Part shown: in pieces, positions 7,226-16,475 of the stretch | Numbering within the stretch: the first letter of the stretch is position 1 | Layout of the letters: each line of letters starts with the position of its first letter | IMG/VR virus record: IMGVR_UViG_3300035135_001837 | Coordinates: 1-25,634 of that record | Direction: 5' to 3' (one strand) | Length of the DNA: 25,634 nucleotides | DNA from: a virus | Lineage: Duplodnaviria; Caudoviricetes | Notes under the pieces: generated by a model | Database searches by the model: none | What the model was told of the DNA's origin: nothing | The model's input: the letters and a program-made list of their open reading frames with translations, nothing else | Program-made: the position numbers and the translations under genes

Positions 7226-8740
7226 ATGGCATTTCCAGTAGCTCCCGTATTCGATAGAATTAGACTAGTACCTCGTCCAACTGACTTTTTGGACAGGAAT
7301 ACAGGTGCTAGTGGTGAGCTGTTCTACGAAAAAGAAACCAAAACACTTCGTGTATACAACGGATTGCAACGTGGCGGGTTTGAAGTTGTAAGCGAAGAAC
7401 GTTTAAGAATTAACACAGCAAACTTAGAAGTTGCAACTGTAAAATATTTGACTTACGTAGGTAACGATGGTATTTCAAACAAATATTTTTTCAATACTGA
7501 CGAAACTGCCTTTGCTCCTGAATTAACATTTGTTGTAGGATATACATATAGGTTTGATCAAACTCATTATACAAATTTATTTTATCCTAATCAACAAGGA
7601 GGAACATTAAATCCTCATCCAATTAATTTTAGTGCTGATCAAAATAATACTGTAGCTTATACAGATAACGTAATTTATTTGTTAGACGATTCAGAAGTAG
7701 ACAGTAATACATATTACAACAAATTCACAAGTGCAACAACTAGAGCAATCCAAATTACAATTACCACACAAACACCTACAACATTGTATTATCATTGTAC
7801 AAACCATGTAGGAATGGGAAATGTAATAACCGTTGGTATGCCTGGTTCAGGAAGCGGTGCCGGAGGCAGTGCAAGTATTACATCTAGTGACACAGCACCA
7901 GCAGAACCTAGTGCAGGTGCTCTTTGGTATAATAGTGCAACAGGTTATTTGTATGTTTATGTAGATGACGGAGATAGTCAACAATGGGTGCAACCTGTAG
8001 CAGGGAATGTGTTTAGTGGAGTGTATGGAGACTTAGTAGGTATACCTACTTTTGCAACAGTTGCTAGTACTGGCGAATGGAATGACATCCAAAACAAACC
8101 GACTATACCTGCAACACTTACTGATTTAGGTATTTCAGACGGAACTGCAAACCAGGTTTTAACCACAGATGGTGCAGGCAATTTTACATTTCAAGATGGT
8201 GGAGGCGGTGGCCAAGCATATGATCAATCATTAAACACCACTGACGATGTGACGTTTGATGAAATTACTGCAACAACAAGTGTATCTGCACCTAGTGTAA
8301 TTACAAATGGTGTAGGCGTTACAAACTTTACAAGTTCAACAAGTTTAACATTGTCAGCAACAGACGGCGTGTTCCTTTCTGGAATAGCAAGATCAAGCGA
8401 AATAATAAACACACTGACTGGTGCAACGTCAACAGTAGATCATAGTTTGAATTCAGGCAGTGTATGGAATCACACAAGTATTGCCGCTAACTTTACTGCT
8501 AACTTTACAAATGTACCTACAACAAACGACAGAACTATTTCTGTAGCATTGATATTAAATCAAGGTGCATCACCATTTCTTCCTAATGCCGTTCAAATCA
8601 ACGGAGCCGCTCAAACTATAAACTGGGAAGATGCATCTGCACCGACACCTAATGCAAACCAAACAGATGTTGTTGTCTTTACACTTGTACGTACAGGCGG
8701 TTCATGGAGCGTGTTAGGGAGTTTAACAACATATGGCTAA
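7226..8740 (+). CDS. Tail fibre / virion structural protein with cupredoxin-like motif
   Basis: Fibre-type motifs SDTAPxxPxxGALWYNxxxGxLYVYxxDGDSxQWV, WNDIQNKPTIP and QVLTTDGAGNFTF; LYYHCTNHVGMG; Thr/Ser/Gly-rich. Confidence 0.8.
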   Translation: MAFPVAPVFDRIRLVPRPTDFLDRNTGASGELFYEKETKTLRVYNGLQRGGFEVVSEERLRINTANLEVATVKYLTYVGNDGISNKYFFNTDETAFAPELTFVVGYTYRFDQTHYTNLFYPNQQGGTLNPHPINFSADQNNTVAYTDNVIYLLDDSEVDSNTYYNKFTSATTRAIQITITTQTPTTLYYHCTNHVGMGNVITVGMPGSGSGAGGSASITSSDTAPAEPSAGALWYNSATGYLYVYVDDGDSQQWVQPVAGNVFSGVYGDLVGIPTFATVASTGEWNDIQNKPTIPATLTDLGISDGTANQVLTTDGAGNFTFQDGGGGGQAYDQSLNTTDDVTFDEITATTSVSAPSVITNGVGVTNFTSSTSLTLSATDGVFLSGIARSSEIINTLTGATSTVDHSLNSGSVWNHTSIAANFTANFTNVPTTNDRTISVALILNQGASPFLPNAVQINGAAQTINWEDASAPTPNANQTDVVVFTLVRTGGSWSVLGSLTTYG

Positions 8741-10334
8741 TGAAAAAGAATATGTGGTTGTTGTACATAGAGGTATAGATTTAGAAGCATTTGACGCAGA
8801 GCTTGCCGCTGAAACAGGTGCAGGACCAATTCCAAACAGAGCAGTAGAAGTAGCAAATCCTAGATGGGGATCAAAACGTATGACCCATTGGATGCTCACA
8901 GACGAAGAAGCACAAGAACTTGCAAACGATGAACGTGTATTATCAGTTGAAATACCCGTCGACCAAAGAGATGACATTGAAATTGGGCTTAATGCAAGCC
9001 AGTCAGAAGTTTGGTATAGAGCTTTAAGTACAGACAATAGTCACGTAAACTGGGCTCTCCGTCGATGCATAGAAACAACTAATATTTTTGCCGATACTGT
9101 TACATTGCCAGGTGATTACACATATCCATTAGATGGAACCGGTGTAGACTTTGTTGTGCAAGATAGCGGTATAGATCCCGACCAACCTGAATTCCAAGAT
9201 GCAAATGGTGTTAGCCGTGTTCAGCAAATTGACTGGTTTGCAGGTAGTGGTATAGGCGGCGAATCACAGGATGATAATTTTTACACAGACTATGATGGTC
9301 ACGGCACTCACTGTGCAAGTACAGCAGTAGGTAAAACTTTTGGTTGGGGTAAAAATGCAAGAGTATACTCCCAAAAACTAGCAGGACTAGAAGGTGCAGG
9401 CGATCCTAACAGTGGTATTAGTATTGCAAATGCATTTGATACAATAAGGATATGGCATAACAATAAAGCAGTAGATCCTGCTACAGGATTCAAAAGGCCT
9501 ACAGTTATAAACATGAGTTGGGGCTACGGAACAACACGATTTGGCGATCCTACAGATGGAACTTATAGAGGAACTGCGTGGACCTATGGTGTTGATTACA
9601 CAACTAGGGCAGATTTAGAAGCAGCCACAGGTGTTCCTAGAAATAGGATTACGTCTGGAGGTATTCCTGTTGCGGTTAGATTAAGTATAAGAATTCCTAG
9701 TGTTGATGCAGAAATAGAGGACATGATAGACGATGGTATTCATGTTTGCATTGCCGCAGGTAATAATTATCAAAAAATTGATAGCGGTGCAGGCAGTGAC
9801 TATGCAAACGTAGTTAACTTTGGAGGTAATGTAAGTTATCATCAAGGAAGTTCACCTTACAGTACAAGAGCGTTCATGGTTGCAAGTGTAGACAGTTTTG
9901 TAAATGCATCTAACGAAGAGAAGCCAAGTGTATTTTCAAGTAGAGGTCCAGGATGTACCATTTGGGCACCAGGTAGTAATATAATGGCCGGCACTAGCAG
10001 AAATTATGATAATACTAAGTTTAGCCCAATAGAATATTTTGGCGATAGCAATCATTTCCAAATGTCTATATCAGGAACATCAATGGCGACACCGCAGGTA
10101 GCAGGTGTGTGTTGTTTACATCTACAAGTATTTCCTGATTTATCACCTGAACAATTACAACAACGTATACTTGGCGACACACAAAATGCTATGGCGACAA
10201 CAGGTTCAGACACAGATTATGACGATGTTGAAAATACATTGCTAGGGCAAACACGACAATTTTTATACAGCAAGTACAATCAGGAAAATCCGTGGACACT
10301 TACAGGTCCTTCGAACATATCAATAGGAAGTTAA
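8733..10334 (+). CDS. Subtilisin-like serine protease (S8) with N-terminal prodomain-like region
   Basis: Catalytic triad VVQDSGI / DGHGTHCAS / SGTSMATPQVAG, oxyanion AAGN, INMSWG, FSSRGP, APG. No signal peptide. Confidence 0.93.
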   Translation: MANEKEYVVVVHRGIDLEAFDAELAAETGAGPIPNRAVEVANPRWGSKRMTHWMLTDEEAQELANDERVLSVEIPVDQRDDIEIGLNASQSEVWYRALSTDNSHVNWALRRCIETTNIFADTVTLPGDYTYPLDGTGVDFVVQDSGIDPDQPEFQDANGVSRVQQIDWFAGSGIGGESQDDNFYTDYDGHGTHCASTAVGKTFGWGKNARVYSQKLAGLEGAGDPNSGISIANAFDTIRIWHNNKAVDPATGFKRPTVINMSWGYGTTRFGDPTDGTYRGTAWTYGVDYTTRADLEAATGVPRNRITSGGIPVAVRLSIRIPSVDAEIEDMIDDGIHVCIAAGNNYQKIDSGAGSDYANVVNFGGNVSYHQGSSPYSTRAFMVASVDSFVNASNEEKPSVFSSRGPGCTIWAPGSNIMAGTSRNYDNTKFSPIEYFGDSNHFQMSISGTSMATPQVAGVCCLHLQVFPDLSPEQLQQRILGDTQNAMATTGSDTDYDDVENTLLGQTRQFLYSKYNQENPWTLTGPSNISIGS

Positions 10335-10335
10335 C

Positions 10336-13300
10336 ATGCCACGTCTTACACAAGTAGCAGGAATAGGAAAAGGACCAAGTGTGGCCGCATTTGTAGATCC
10401 TACTATGGTAGTGGGCGGTGATACTACTACAGGTCCTGTAAATGAAGGCGCTACTATACAAATACAAATTCTTACAACCGGAATACCCGACGGAGCAACC
10501 ATAAACTATAGTGCTGCCAACACTAATTCTGTAAGTGTCGCAGATATAAGTTTAAGTTCATTGAGTGGCACTATTTCGCCTACAGACGATAAAGCAAATT
10601 TGTTTATCACAGTAAATGAGGATTTGACTACAGAAGGTTCAGAGGAATTAAGATTAACTTTTAGTTATAGCTACACGCACCCTGATAACGGTCCTCAAAC
10701 ACTAACCGTAACTCCTAATGGCGTTATTATTAATGATACAAGTACAACACCAAGTGTTCCTACATATATCCTCAACAGAAGCACACAGTTTGCAAACGAA
10801 GGTGAAACTTTTGATATAACTTTGGTTACTGCTAACGTTGCCACAGGCACCACAGTGCCCTACACAATTACAGGAGTTTCCAGTGCTGATATAGGCGGAG
10901 TAAGTTTAACCGGCTCTTTCGTTACTGGTACAACAGACACAGTAACGTTTAATGTCACAGCGGACGCAACCACAGAAAATTTTGAAACATTTAATCTTGC
11001 ACTCGATAATGGCGAAGATAGCATTACTGTAACTATTAATGATACAAGCCTCGATCCAACATATACTGTTAGTGCTAGTGCATCATCTGTAAACGAAGGC
11101 ACTAGTTTTACTGTTAATCTTACAACCACAGACGTACAAGACGGAGTTGGTGTAGCATACACAATTACAGGTGTATCAAGCGCAGACATAGAAGGTGCTT
11201 CTCTAACGGGAAGTTTTACTGTTAATAACAATGCCGCTAGTTTAACGGTGAACACTAGTGAAGACGTAACACTAGGAGAAGGTGATGAAACATTTACACT
11301 ATCTCTTAACAATGGTGCGGATGACGTAAGTGTGACCATTGTTGACAGTAGTGTAGATACAACTCCTACATATACAAACTTAACATTACAAACGGCAACA
11401 TCAGTTAACGAAGGTGGTACATCAACTTTTAGAATTACAGGGAGAAACATTGCTCAAAACACAACAATAGATGTAAATCTTGTTGGAGTCACAGGCACAG
11501 TAGCGGCAAATGATTTCACACCTTCTGGAGTAACAAAAACAGTAACCTGGACTGGGGCAAGTAATCCTATAACACAATCGCAAGACTTTACAATAACATT
11601 ATCTCAAGATGAAATTACAGAAGGTGCAGAATCTTATAAATGTGTACTAGCGGCTACAGACAGCAACGGCACTTCAACAGGAGATTTAGAATCTCCTACA
11701 GTAACAATAGGTGATACTTCATTAACACCTGTAACAGGACAAGCAGAATGGACAGGACTAACAACAGGTAATTTATCAACCACTTGGACCGTTCCAGAAG
11801 GTGTTACAAGTGTTAGCATGTTATGCATCAGCGGTGGTGGCGGTGGTGGCGGATGTGCGGCCAGTTTTGGACCAGCCGGAGGCGGCGGCGGTGGTGGCGG
11901 CCTATCATATGCAAACAACGTTTCTGTCACTCCAGGAGAAACATTAACTATACAAGCAGGCGGTGCTGGCGCCGCAGGAACTAGAGGTAATGATGGTGGT
12001 TCGGGTGGAGACAGCCATATACGTAGAGGAGCTACCTATCTATGCGCTGTAGATGGCGGCGGTCCAGGCACAGCAAGTAATACAGGCGGTGCAGGTGGAG
12101 GATCTGAAGGTGTAGGAACTAGATACGCCGGTGGCGCTGGAGGCACAGGCCAAAACTATTCACGCGGTGGAGGCGGTGGCGGCGCTGCCGGATATAGCGG
12201 AAACGGTGGTGCCGGACAAAATGGTAGTTCTTTCAATGCTGGCGGAAATGGTTCCGGCGGTGGCGGAGGTGGTGGAGGATCATGTTCTCAAAGCCCTGGA
12301 CAAGTCGGCGGTGGCGGAATACAAAACAAAGGTCAAGGAACCAACGGTGTTGGCGGTAATTACAATAATGATGGCGGTGGCGGTTCTGGTGGAGAAGAAG
12401 GACAAAATGGCATAGGCGGAGCCTTAGGTGGCGGTGGCGGTGGCACTTACTATACAGGTAATCCGTCACAGGGTAATGCATCTCGTGGTGCGCCAGGCAG
12501 TGTAAGGATTATATATCCGGGTAATAGTAGACAATTCCCTAGCACTCGTACAGCAAATGAAAATGTAGTAACAGGAACATATGATACACTTGTAGCAAAT
12601 AAGACATCAGCTACTGAATGGCCATTTACAGTATCAAGCGAGATCATAACATTTACACTTACAACTAGCGATGTTCCAGCAGGAACTACTGTAGGATATA
12701 CTTTTAGTAATATCCAAGGAACTGTAACTGCGGATGACTTTATCAACAGAGATACTTTATTCACAATTCAAAGTGACGGAACTGCTACTGTTAGTATGCA
12801 ACCAACAGGAGATTGGGCAACAGAAGGTACAGAGATATTCAGATTACAACTAGCGGCAACTGATAGTGTAGGATTTGAAACTGATGGATTACAAAGTCAG
12901 AATGTAAGCATTGTTGACAATTACCCTGCTACTGTTTACAATAGCATAAGTTTAGATAAAACAAATTACAATGAAGGTGAAACTGTTACTATCACAGTGA
13001 ATTATACAAACAACACAGACAAAGCAGTACAAGTTGGCTATACTGCAACCACAAGTAATGGATCGGGCGATTTAGATAACACATATGGAATGTTATATTT
13101 GTTAGACGGTAACACATATGAAGGACCACCTTATGACGGAAATAAAACTGTTATCCTTGAAGATCTAACTACAGAAGGAGCAGAAACTCTTACTATTACA
13201 TTGAATGACGAAGATATGAATGGTAATCCGACCAATAATAGATCAGCAACAGCAACTATTAACGATACTAGCCTAACACCAAGAGTACCTGGATCAAGCC

Positions 13301-14568
13301 TTGTAGGAACAATAGATGAACCTACATACGGCAATACTTATTTTGGAGTTGTAGCAGGACAATCTGGTGCTTGGGGATATACTCTTACTGGAGATAATGA
13401 TATAGTAGTTGTATGTGATCCTTTACATAATTCAACTGCTACACCGGCTTTTTCCGGTGTAGGAGCAGTTTACATCTACAATAGAGCAACACAAGCCATG
13501 GTAAATGCAATAAAAAGTCCTTATGACGATCAAGCATATAGATTTGGAAATGATGCAGTACTATTGGAAAACGATTATGGCGGAAAACTATTGTGTGTTA
13601 CTGCTCCAAGATTTAAAAATACCTCAGGATATTTTGAACCTAAAATGATGGTGTATTACTCTACTGATAATTTTGCCAGCTATACTTTAACCCAAACAAT
13701 TAGTTTATTTTCAAGTAACCAGACCGTTACCTACGGAGGTAATGTAATGGGATTCGCAAATGACAACTGGATAGATGCTGATAGAAATTGGCTAATCATG
13801 GCTTTTGATGACTATGATAACCAAAATAATTACAGCCAATCAAACAACCATGCAAAAATTTATAGAGTTTCGCAAACTGCTCCTTACAATACACTTACAT
13901 TAAGTACCACAGTGAATAACGAGTCAGCTGGTATGTATCAGGCTAGTATAAGCCAAGATGCGGCAAATGCAGTCATAGGTAACACAACATTTGATTACAC
14001 AGCAGGCTCTACCTCATATCTAGACGTAGGCATACAATATCAAGCATCCAAAACAACCGGAGCTACAAGCAATTTCAAAAACGGATTCATTTATGCATCA
14101 GGGCAAACAAGTAGTTTTGCTTTTGGTTCTTGTGCTCATGCAGGTAGTCATTTTGTTGTACACTCTGCCGGCGACGACTATAGTGGGAATACAAATGCAG
14201 GTAGATTAAGATTTTTTAATTATTCAAACGGAAGTCTTGTTACAACTCGAAACAATCCGTCAGCAAATTCAGCTAATACTCCGGCTGGAAATATAGGCTC
14301 ATTACAAGCAACAGGACGATCAGCAACTGGTAAAAATTGGGTAGCTGCCTTATGGACTAACTCATTTGACAGTACCCTTAATAAGGTTGCTATATATGAC
14401 GCGGCAGGGGTGTTACAATACACATTAAATTCTCCCGGCAATCAAACAGTTGGATTACAAACATGGAATCTTAGATGGGGTGAGAAAGTGCATATCACCG
14501 AAAATTATGCGTTTATTCATGCTGATGATGGCCAAGGGTTTGGCATCAATAGGATATACATATATTAA
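10336..14568 (+). CDS. Large virion/tail fibre adhesin-like protein: six Calx-beta/Ig-like repeats, Gly-rich domain, possible beta-propeller C-terminus
   Basis: Repeats of NEG...DxTTEGxE...INDTS; WTVPxGVTSVSxLCISGGGGG Gly-rich domain; C-terminal GAVYIY / FG / AGRLRFF motifs. Confidence 0.8.
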   Translation: MPRLTQVAGIGKGPSVAAFVDPTMVVGGDTTTGPVNEGATIQIQILTTGIPDGATINYSAANTNSVSVADISLSSLSGTISPTDDKANLFITVNEDLTTEGSEELRLTFSYSYTHPDNGPQTLTVTPNGVIINDTSTTPSVPTYILNRSTQFANEGETFDITLVTANVATGTTVPYTITGVSSADIGGVSLTGSFVTGTTDTVTFNVTADATTENFETFNLALDNGEDSITVTINDTSLDPTYTVSASASSVNEGTSFTVNLTTTDVQDGVGVAYTITGVSSADIEGASLTGSFTVNNNAASLTVNTSEDVTLGEGDETFTLSLNNGADDVSVTIVDSSVDTTPTYTNLTLQTATSVNEGGTSTFRITGRNIAQNTTIDVNLVGVTGTVAANDFTPSGVTKTVTWTGASNPITQSQDFTITLSQDEITEGAESYKCVLAATDSNGTSTGDLESPTVTIGDTSLTPVTGQAEWTGLTTGNLSTTWTVPEGVTSVSMLCISGGGGGGGCAASFGPAGGGGGGGGLSYANNVSVTPGETLTIQAGGAGAAGTRGNDGGSGGDSHIRRGATYLCAVDGGGPGTASNTGGAGGGSEGVGTRYAGGAGGTGQNYSRGGGGGGAAGYSGNGGAGQNGSSFNAGGNGSGGGGGGGGSCSQSPGQVGGGGIQNKGQGTNGVGGNYNNDGGGGSGGEEGQNGIGGALGGGGGGTYYTGNPSQGNASRGAPGSVRIIYPGNSRQFPSTRTANENVVTGTYDTLVANKTSATEWPFTVSSEIITFTLTTSDVPAGTTVGYTFSNIQGTVTADDFINRDTLFTIQSDGTATVSMQPTGDWATEGTEIFRLQLAATDSVGFETDGLQSQNVSIVDNYPATVYNSISLDKTNYNEGETVTITVNYTNNTDKAVQVGYTATTSNGSGDLDNTYGMLYLLDGNTYEGPPYDGNKTVILEDLTTEGAETLTITLNDEDMNGNPTNNRSATATINDTSLTPRVPGSSLVGTIDEPTYGNTYFGVVAGQSGAWGYTLTGDNDIVVVCDPLHNSTATPAFSGVGAVYIYNRATQAMVNAIKSPYDDQAYRFGNDAVLLENDYGGKLLCVTAPRFKNTSGYFEPKMMVYYSTDNFASYTLTQTISLFSSNQTVTYGGNVMGFANDNWIDADRNWLIMAFDDYDNQNNYSQSNNHAKIYRVSQTAPYNTLTLSTTVNNESAGMYQASISQDAANAVIGNTTFDYTAGSTSYLDVGIQYQASKTTGATSNFKNGFIYASGQTSSFAFGSCAHAGSHFVVHSAGDDYSGNTNAGRLRFFNYSNGSLVTTRNNPSANSANTPAGNIGSLQATGRSATGKNWVAALWTNSFDSTLNKVAIYDAAGVLQYTLNSPGNQTVGLQTWNLRWGEKVHITENYAFIHADDGQGFGINRIYIY

Positions 14569-14575
14569 ATAAATA
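14569..14575 (+). promoter_or_regulatory. T4-type late promoter-like motif ATAAATA
   Basis: Lies in the 22-bp gap before the AGAGG RBS and ATG 14591; matches the T4 late -10 core TATAAATA except the first base. Confidence 0.6.
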
Positions 14576-14590
14576 CGTAGAGAGGTTATT

Positions 14591-15445
14591 ATGGCAATAG
14601 ATTTTCCTAATTCACCAGCACTAAATGATACACATATCGTAGGTAACATCACATGGACATGGACTGGTAGTGCTTGGGCAATACTAAGTACATCAGGTGG
14701 CGGAGGAGGAGTTGGCACACAGAATACCTTTGCAACAATAGCAGGCGACTCAGGAAGTGTAGAAGCATCTAGTCCAACAGATACTCTTACAATATCTGGA
14801 GGCACAGATATCTCAACCACAGTAACAGGTTCAACAGTAGAAATAGCATATACTGGATCTGGTGGAGGTGGTGGAGGTGGCGGAGGTGCATCATCTCTCA
14901 ATGAACTGTCTGATGTAAATGTATCTGACCCACAAGAAGGTGAAGTGTTGAAATACAGTGCAGGGGAATGGACAAACGGTACAGACGCTACGGGCGACGG
15001 TGGTGGAGGAGGTGCAAGCAACTATACTGAGTTAGGTGATGCACCAGTCGGACACACAGTAGCAGAATTTTATGAACATGCTATTGCAACATTAAGAGTT
15101 AATAATGTAAACGCAGATTCATATACGTTTAATAGTCATTACAGCGGAGACAATCCTACAATCTATGTTATAAGTGGAACAACTATTGCTTTTGATTTGT
15201 CAGACATCAGCGGACATCCTTTTCTAATACAGGACTCAACAGGTACAAATATTACTTCAGGTCTTGTACATATTTCAGCAGATGGTACGTCAAGTTTTAA
15301 CACAAATGCACAGGGTAAAGACAGTGGTGTGTTATATTGGAGAGTGCCAGAAACACTAGCAAGTCCTCCAAACTATAGATATCAATGCCAAAGCCATACT
15401 GCTATGGTAGGCCCTATTACTATAAAACGTTTAAGCACCCTTTAA
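14591..15445 (+). CDS. Virion structural / tail fibre-associated protein with C-terminal cupredoxin-like motif
   Basis: MAIDFPNSP...WTWTGSAW N-terminus, SLNELSDV...GEVLKY..GEWTN repeat motif, GHPF...YRYQCQSHTAMVG. Confidence 0.78.
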   Translation: MAIDFPNSPALNDTHIVGNITWTWTGSAWAILSTSGGGGGVGTQNTFATIAGDSGSVEASSPTDTLTISGGTDISTTVTGSTVEIAYTGSGGGGGGGGGASSLNELSDVNVSDPQEGEVLKYSAGEWTNGTDATGDGGGGGASNYTELGDAPVGHTVAEFYEHAIATLRVNNVNADSYTFNSHYSGDNPTIYVISGTTIAFDLSDISGHPFLIQDSTGTNITSGLVHISADGTSSFNTNAQGKDSGVLYWRVPETLASPPNYRYQCQSHTAMVGPITIKRLSTL

Positions 15446-15688
15446 GAAATTTTTCAACTGAACACGCAAATTTGTTAATTCAACTACATTAGATCTAAGT
15501 GTGTGCGGATCAATATTTCCATCATTGTTACTTGCATGTCCTTCGTCAATTAAATTAGCTTGATGTATGATGTCGTTTAATAAAGTTTGAGCATGTTGCT
15601 TATTTTTTTGAACTAAGACTCTATTGATTTGATTTTGAAACTCTTGTAATTCTGTTATATATTTAGGATCCTTTGATAATTTTAGCAT
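15431..15688 (-). CDS. Hypothetical protein (helical)
   Basis: 85 aa, coupled to the upstream cupin stop by TAATG; last gene of the - strand operon. Confidence 0.7.
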   Translation of the reverse strand: MLKLSKDPKYITELQEFQNQINRVLVQKNKQHAQTLLNDIIHQANLIDEGHASNNDGNIDPHTLRSNVVELTNLRVQLKNFLKGA

Positions 15689-16047
15689 TAATCTTCCTTT
15701 TTAACAGGTCTAAGTTGGAAAAAATCACCTTTGGTATCTCTGTTACTTGTTTGTGTGATACTTCCACCGTCAACTAAACTTTCTAATCCTACAGGCATAC
15801 ATGGAGGAACATGAAACACACTACCTTCTTTCACATCTTTTTCATACAACATTCCGTCTGTTGTGTCAATCCAAGCAATCTTAAAATTACCTGTGTTGAC
15901 GAACCAAGTTTTTTCTGTTTCTTTATGAAAGTGCATGGGCAATCCACTACCTACACTATCAAACACTAAGATTTTTGATACATAATTATCTGTTTTAGCC
16001 CATAATGCTTCATACCCAAAATCACTTTTTTCTACATTGTTGCTCAT
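15688..16047 (-). CDS. Cupin-fold protein, degenerate paralogue of 4532-4894
   Basis: VEKSDFGYE, MHFHKETEKTWFVNTG, IDT and FHVPPCMP align with the first cupin. Confidence 0.8.
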   Translation of the reverse strand: MSNNVEKSDFGYEALWAKTDNYVSKILVFDSVGSGLPMHFHKETEKTWFVNTGNFKIAWIDTTDGMLYEKDVKEGSVFHVPPCMPVGLESLVDGGSITQTSNRDTKGDFFQLRPVKKED

Positions 16048-16475
16048 AATAAATCCATTACTTTAAATACGGTTTCTAATTTTGTTTGATTAACTTTGTT
16101 TGTAAGAGTATTCTTCAAACCATTGTGCAATGGTTTAGGCCAACTTTTAAATGTAGTCCACGCATATCCATTGTGTTCTCCATTTAATTTTGGTATAAAC
16201 TCTTTGTCAACAACACAAAGGTATGTATGAAATTGGAATTTGCTGTCATTGCTTATAAAAGTTTCTAACGGAACAGTTTTAATGATATCTATTTTACCAA
16301 TTTCTTCAAAAATTTCACGTTTCAATCCTTCCCAAGGAGTTTCTGCTTCTTCATTGGTGCCTCCGACAAGCCCCCAAACGTCTTTTGCTCTACCTTGTGT
16401 TCTGTGTAATAAAAGGAATCTTTTTGTTGATCGTGCATAGACCAATGCACCGCTACATACAATTTGTTTGTTCAT
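16044..16475 (-). CDS. NUDIX hydrolase
   Basis: Nudix box WGLVGGTNEEAETPWEGLKREIFEEIG; LNGEHNGYAW; PLH. Confidence 0.9.
   Translation of the reverse strand: MNKQIVCSGALVYARSTKRFLLLHRTQGRAKDVWGLVGGTNEEAETPWEGLKREIFEEIGKIDIIKTVPLETFISNDSKFQFHTYLCVVDKEFIPKLNGEHNGYAWTTFKSWPKPLHNGLKNTLTNKVNQTKLETVFKVMDLL

Noticed and set aside
10860-15021. Several - strand ORFs, including poly-Pro ones (10860-11450, 11634-11930, 14455-15021)
   Set aside because: Antisense mirrors of Gly/Thr-rich fibre codons; no independent motifs.
13290-15445. Diversity-generating retroelement target at fibre C-termini
   Set aside because: No template/variable repeat pair differing at adenines and no reverse transcriptase seen in the window.
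15431-15445. Intrinsic terminator at the convergence of the two operons
   Set aside because: The genes overlap by 15 bp and no convincing GC hairpin with a U-tract was found.
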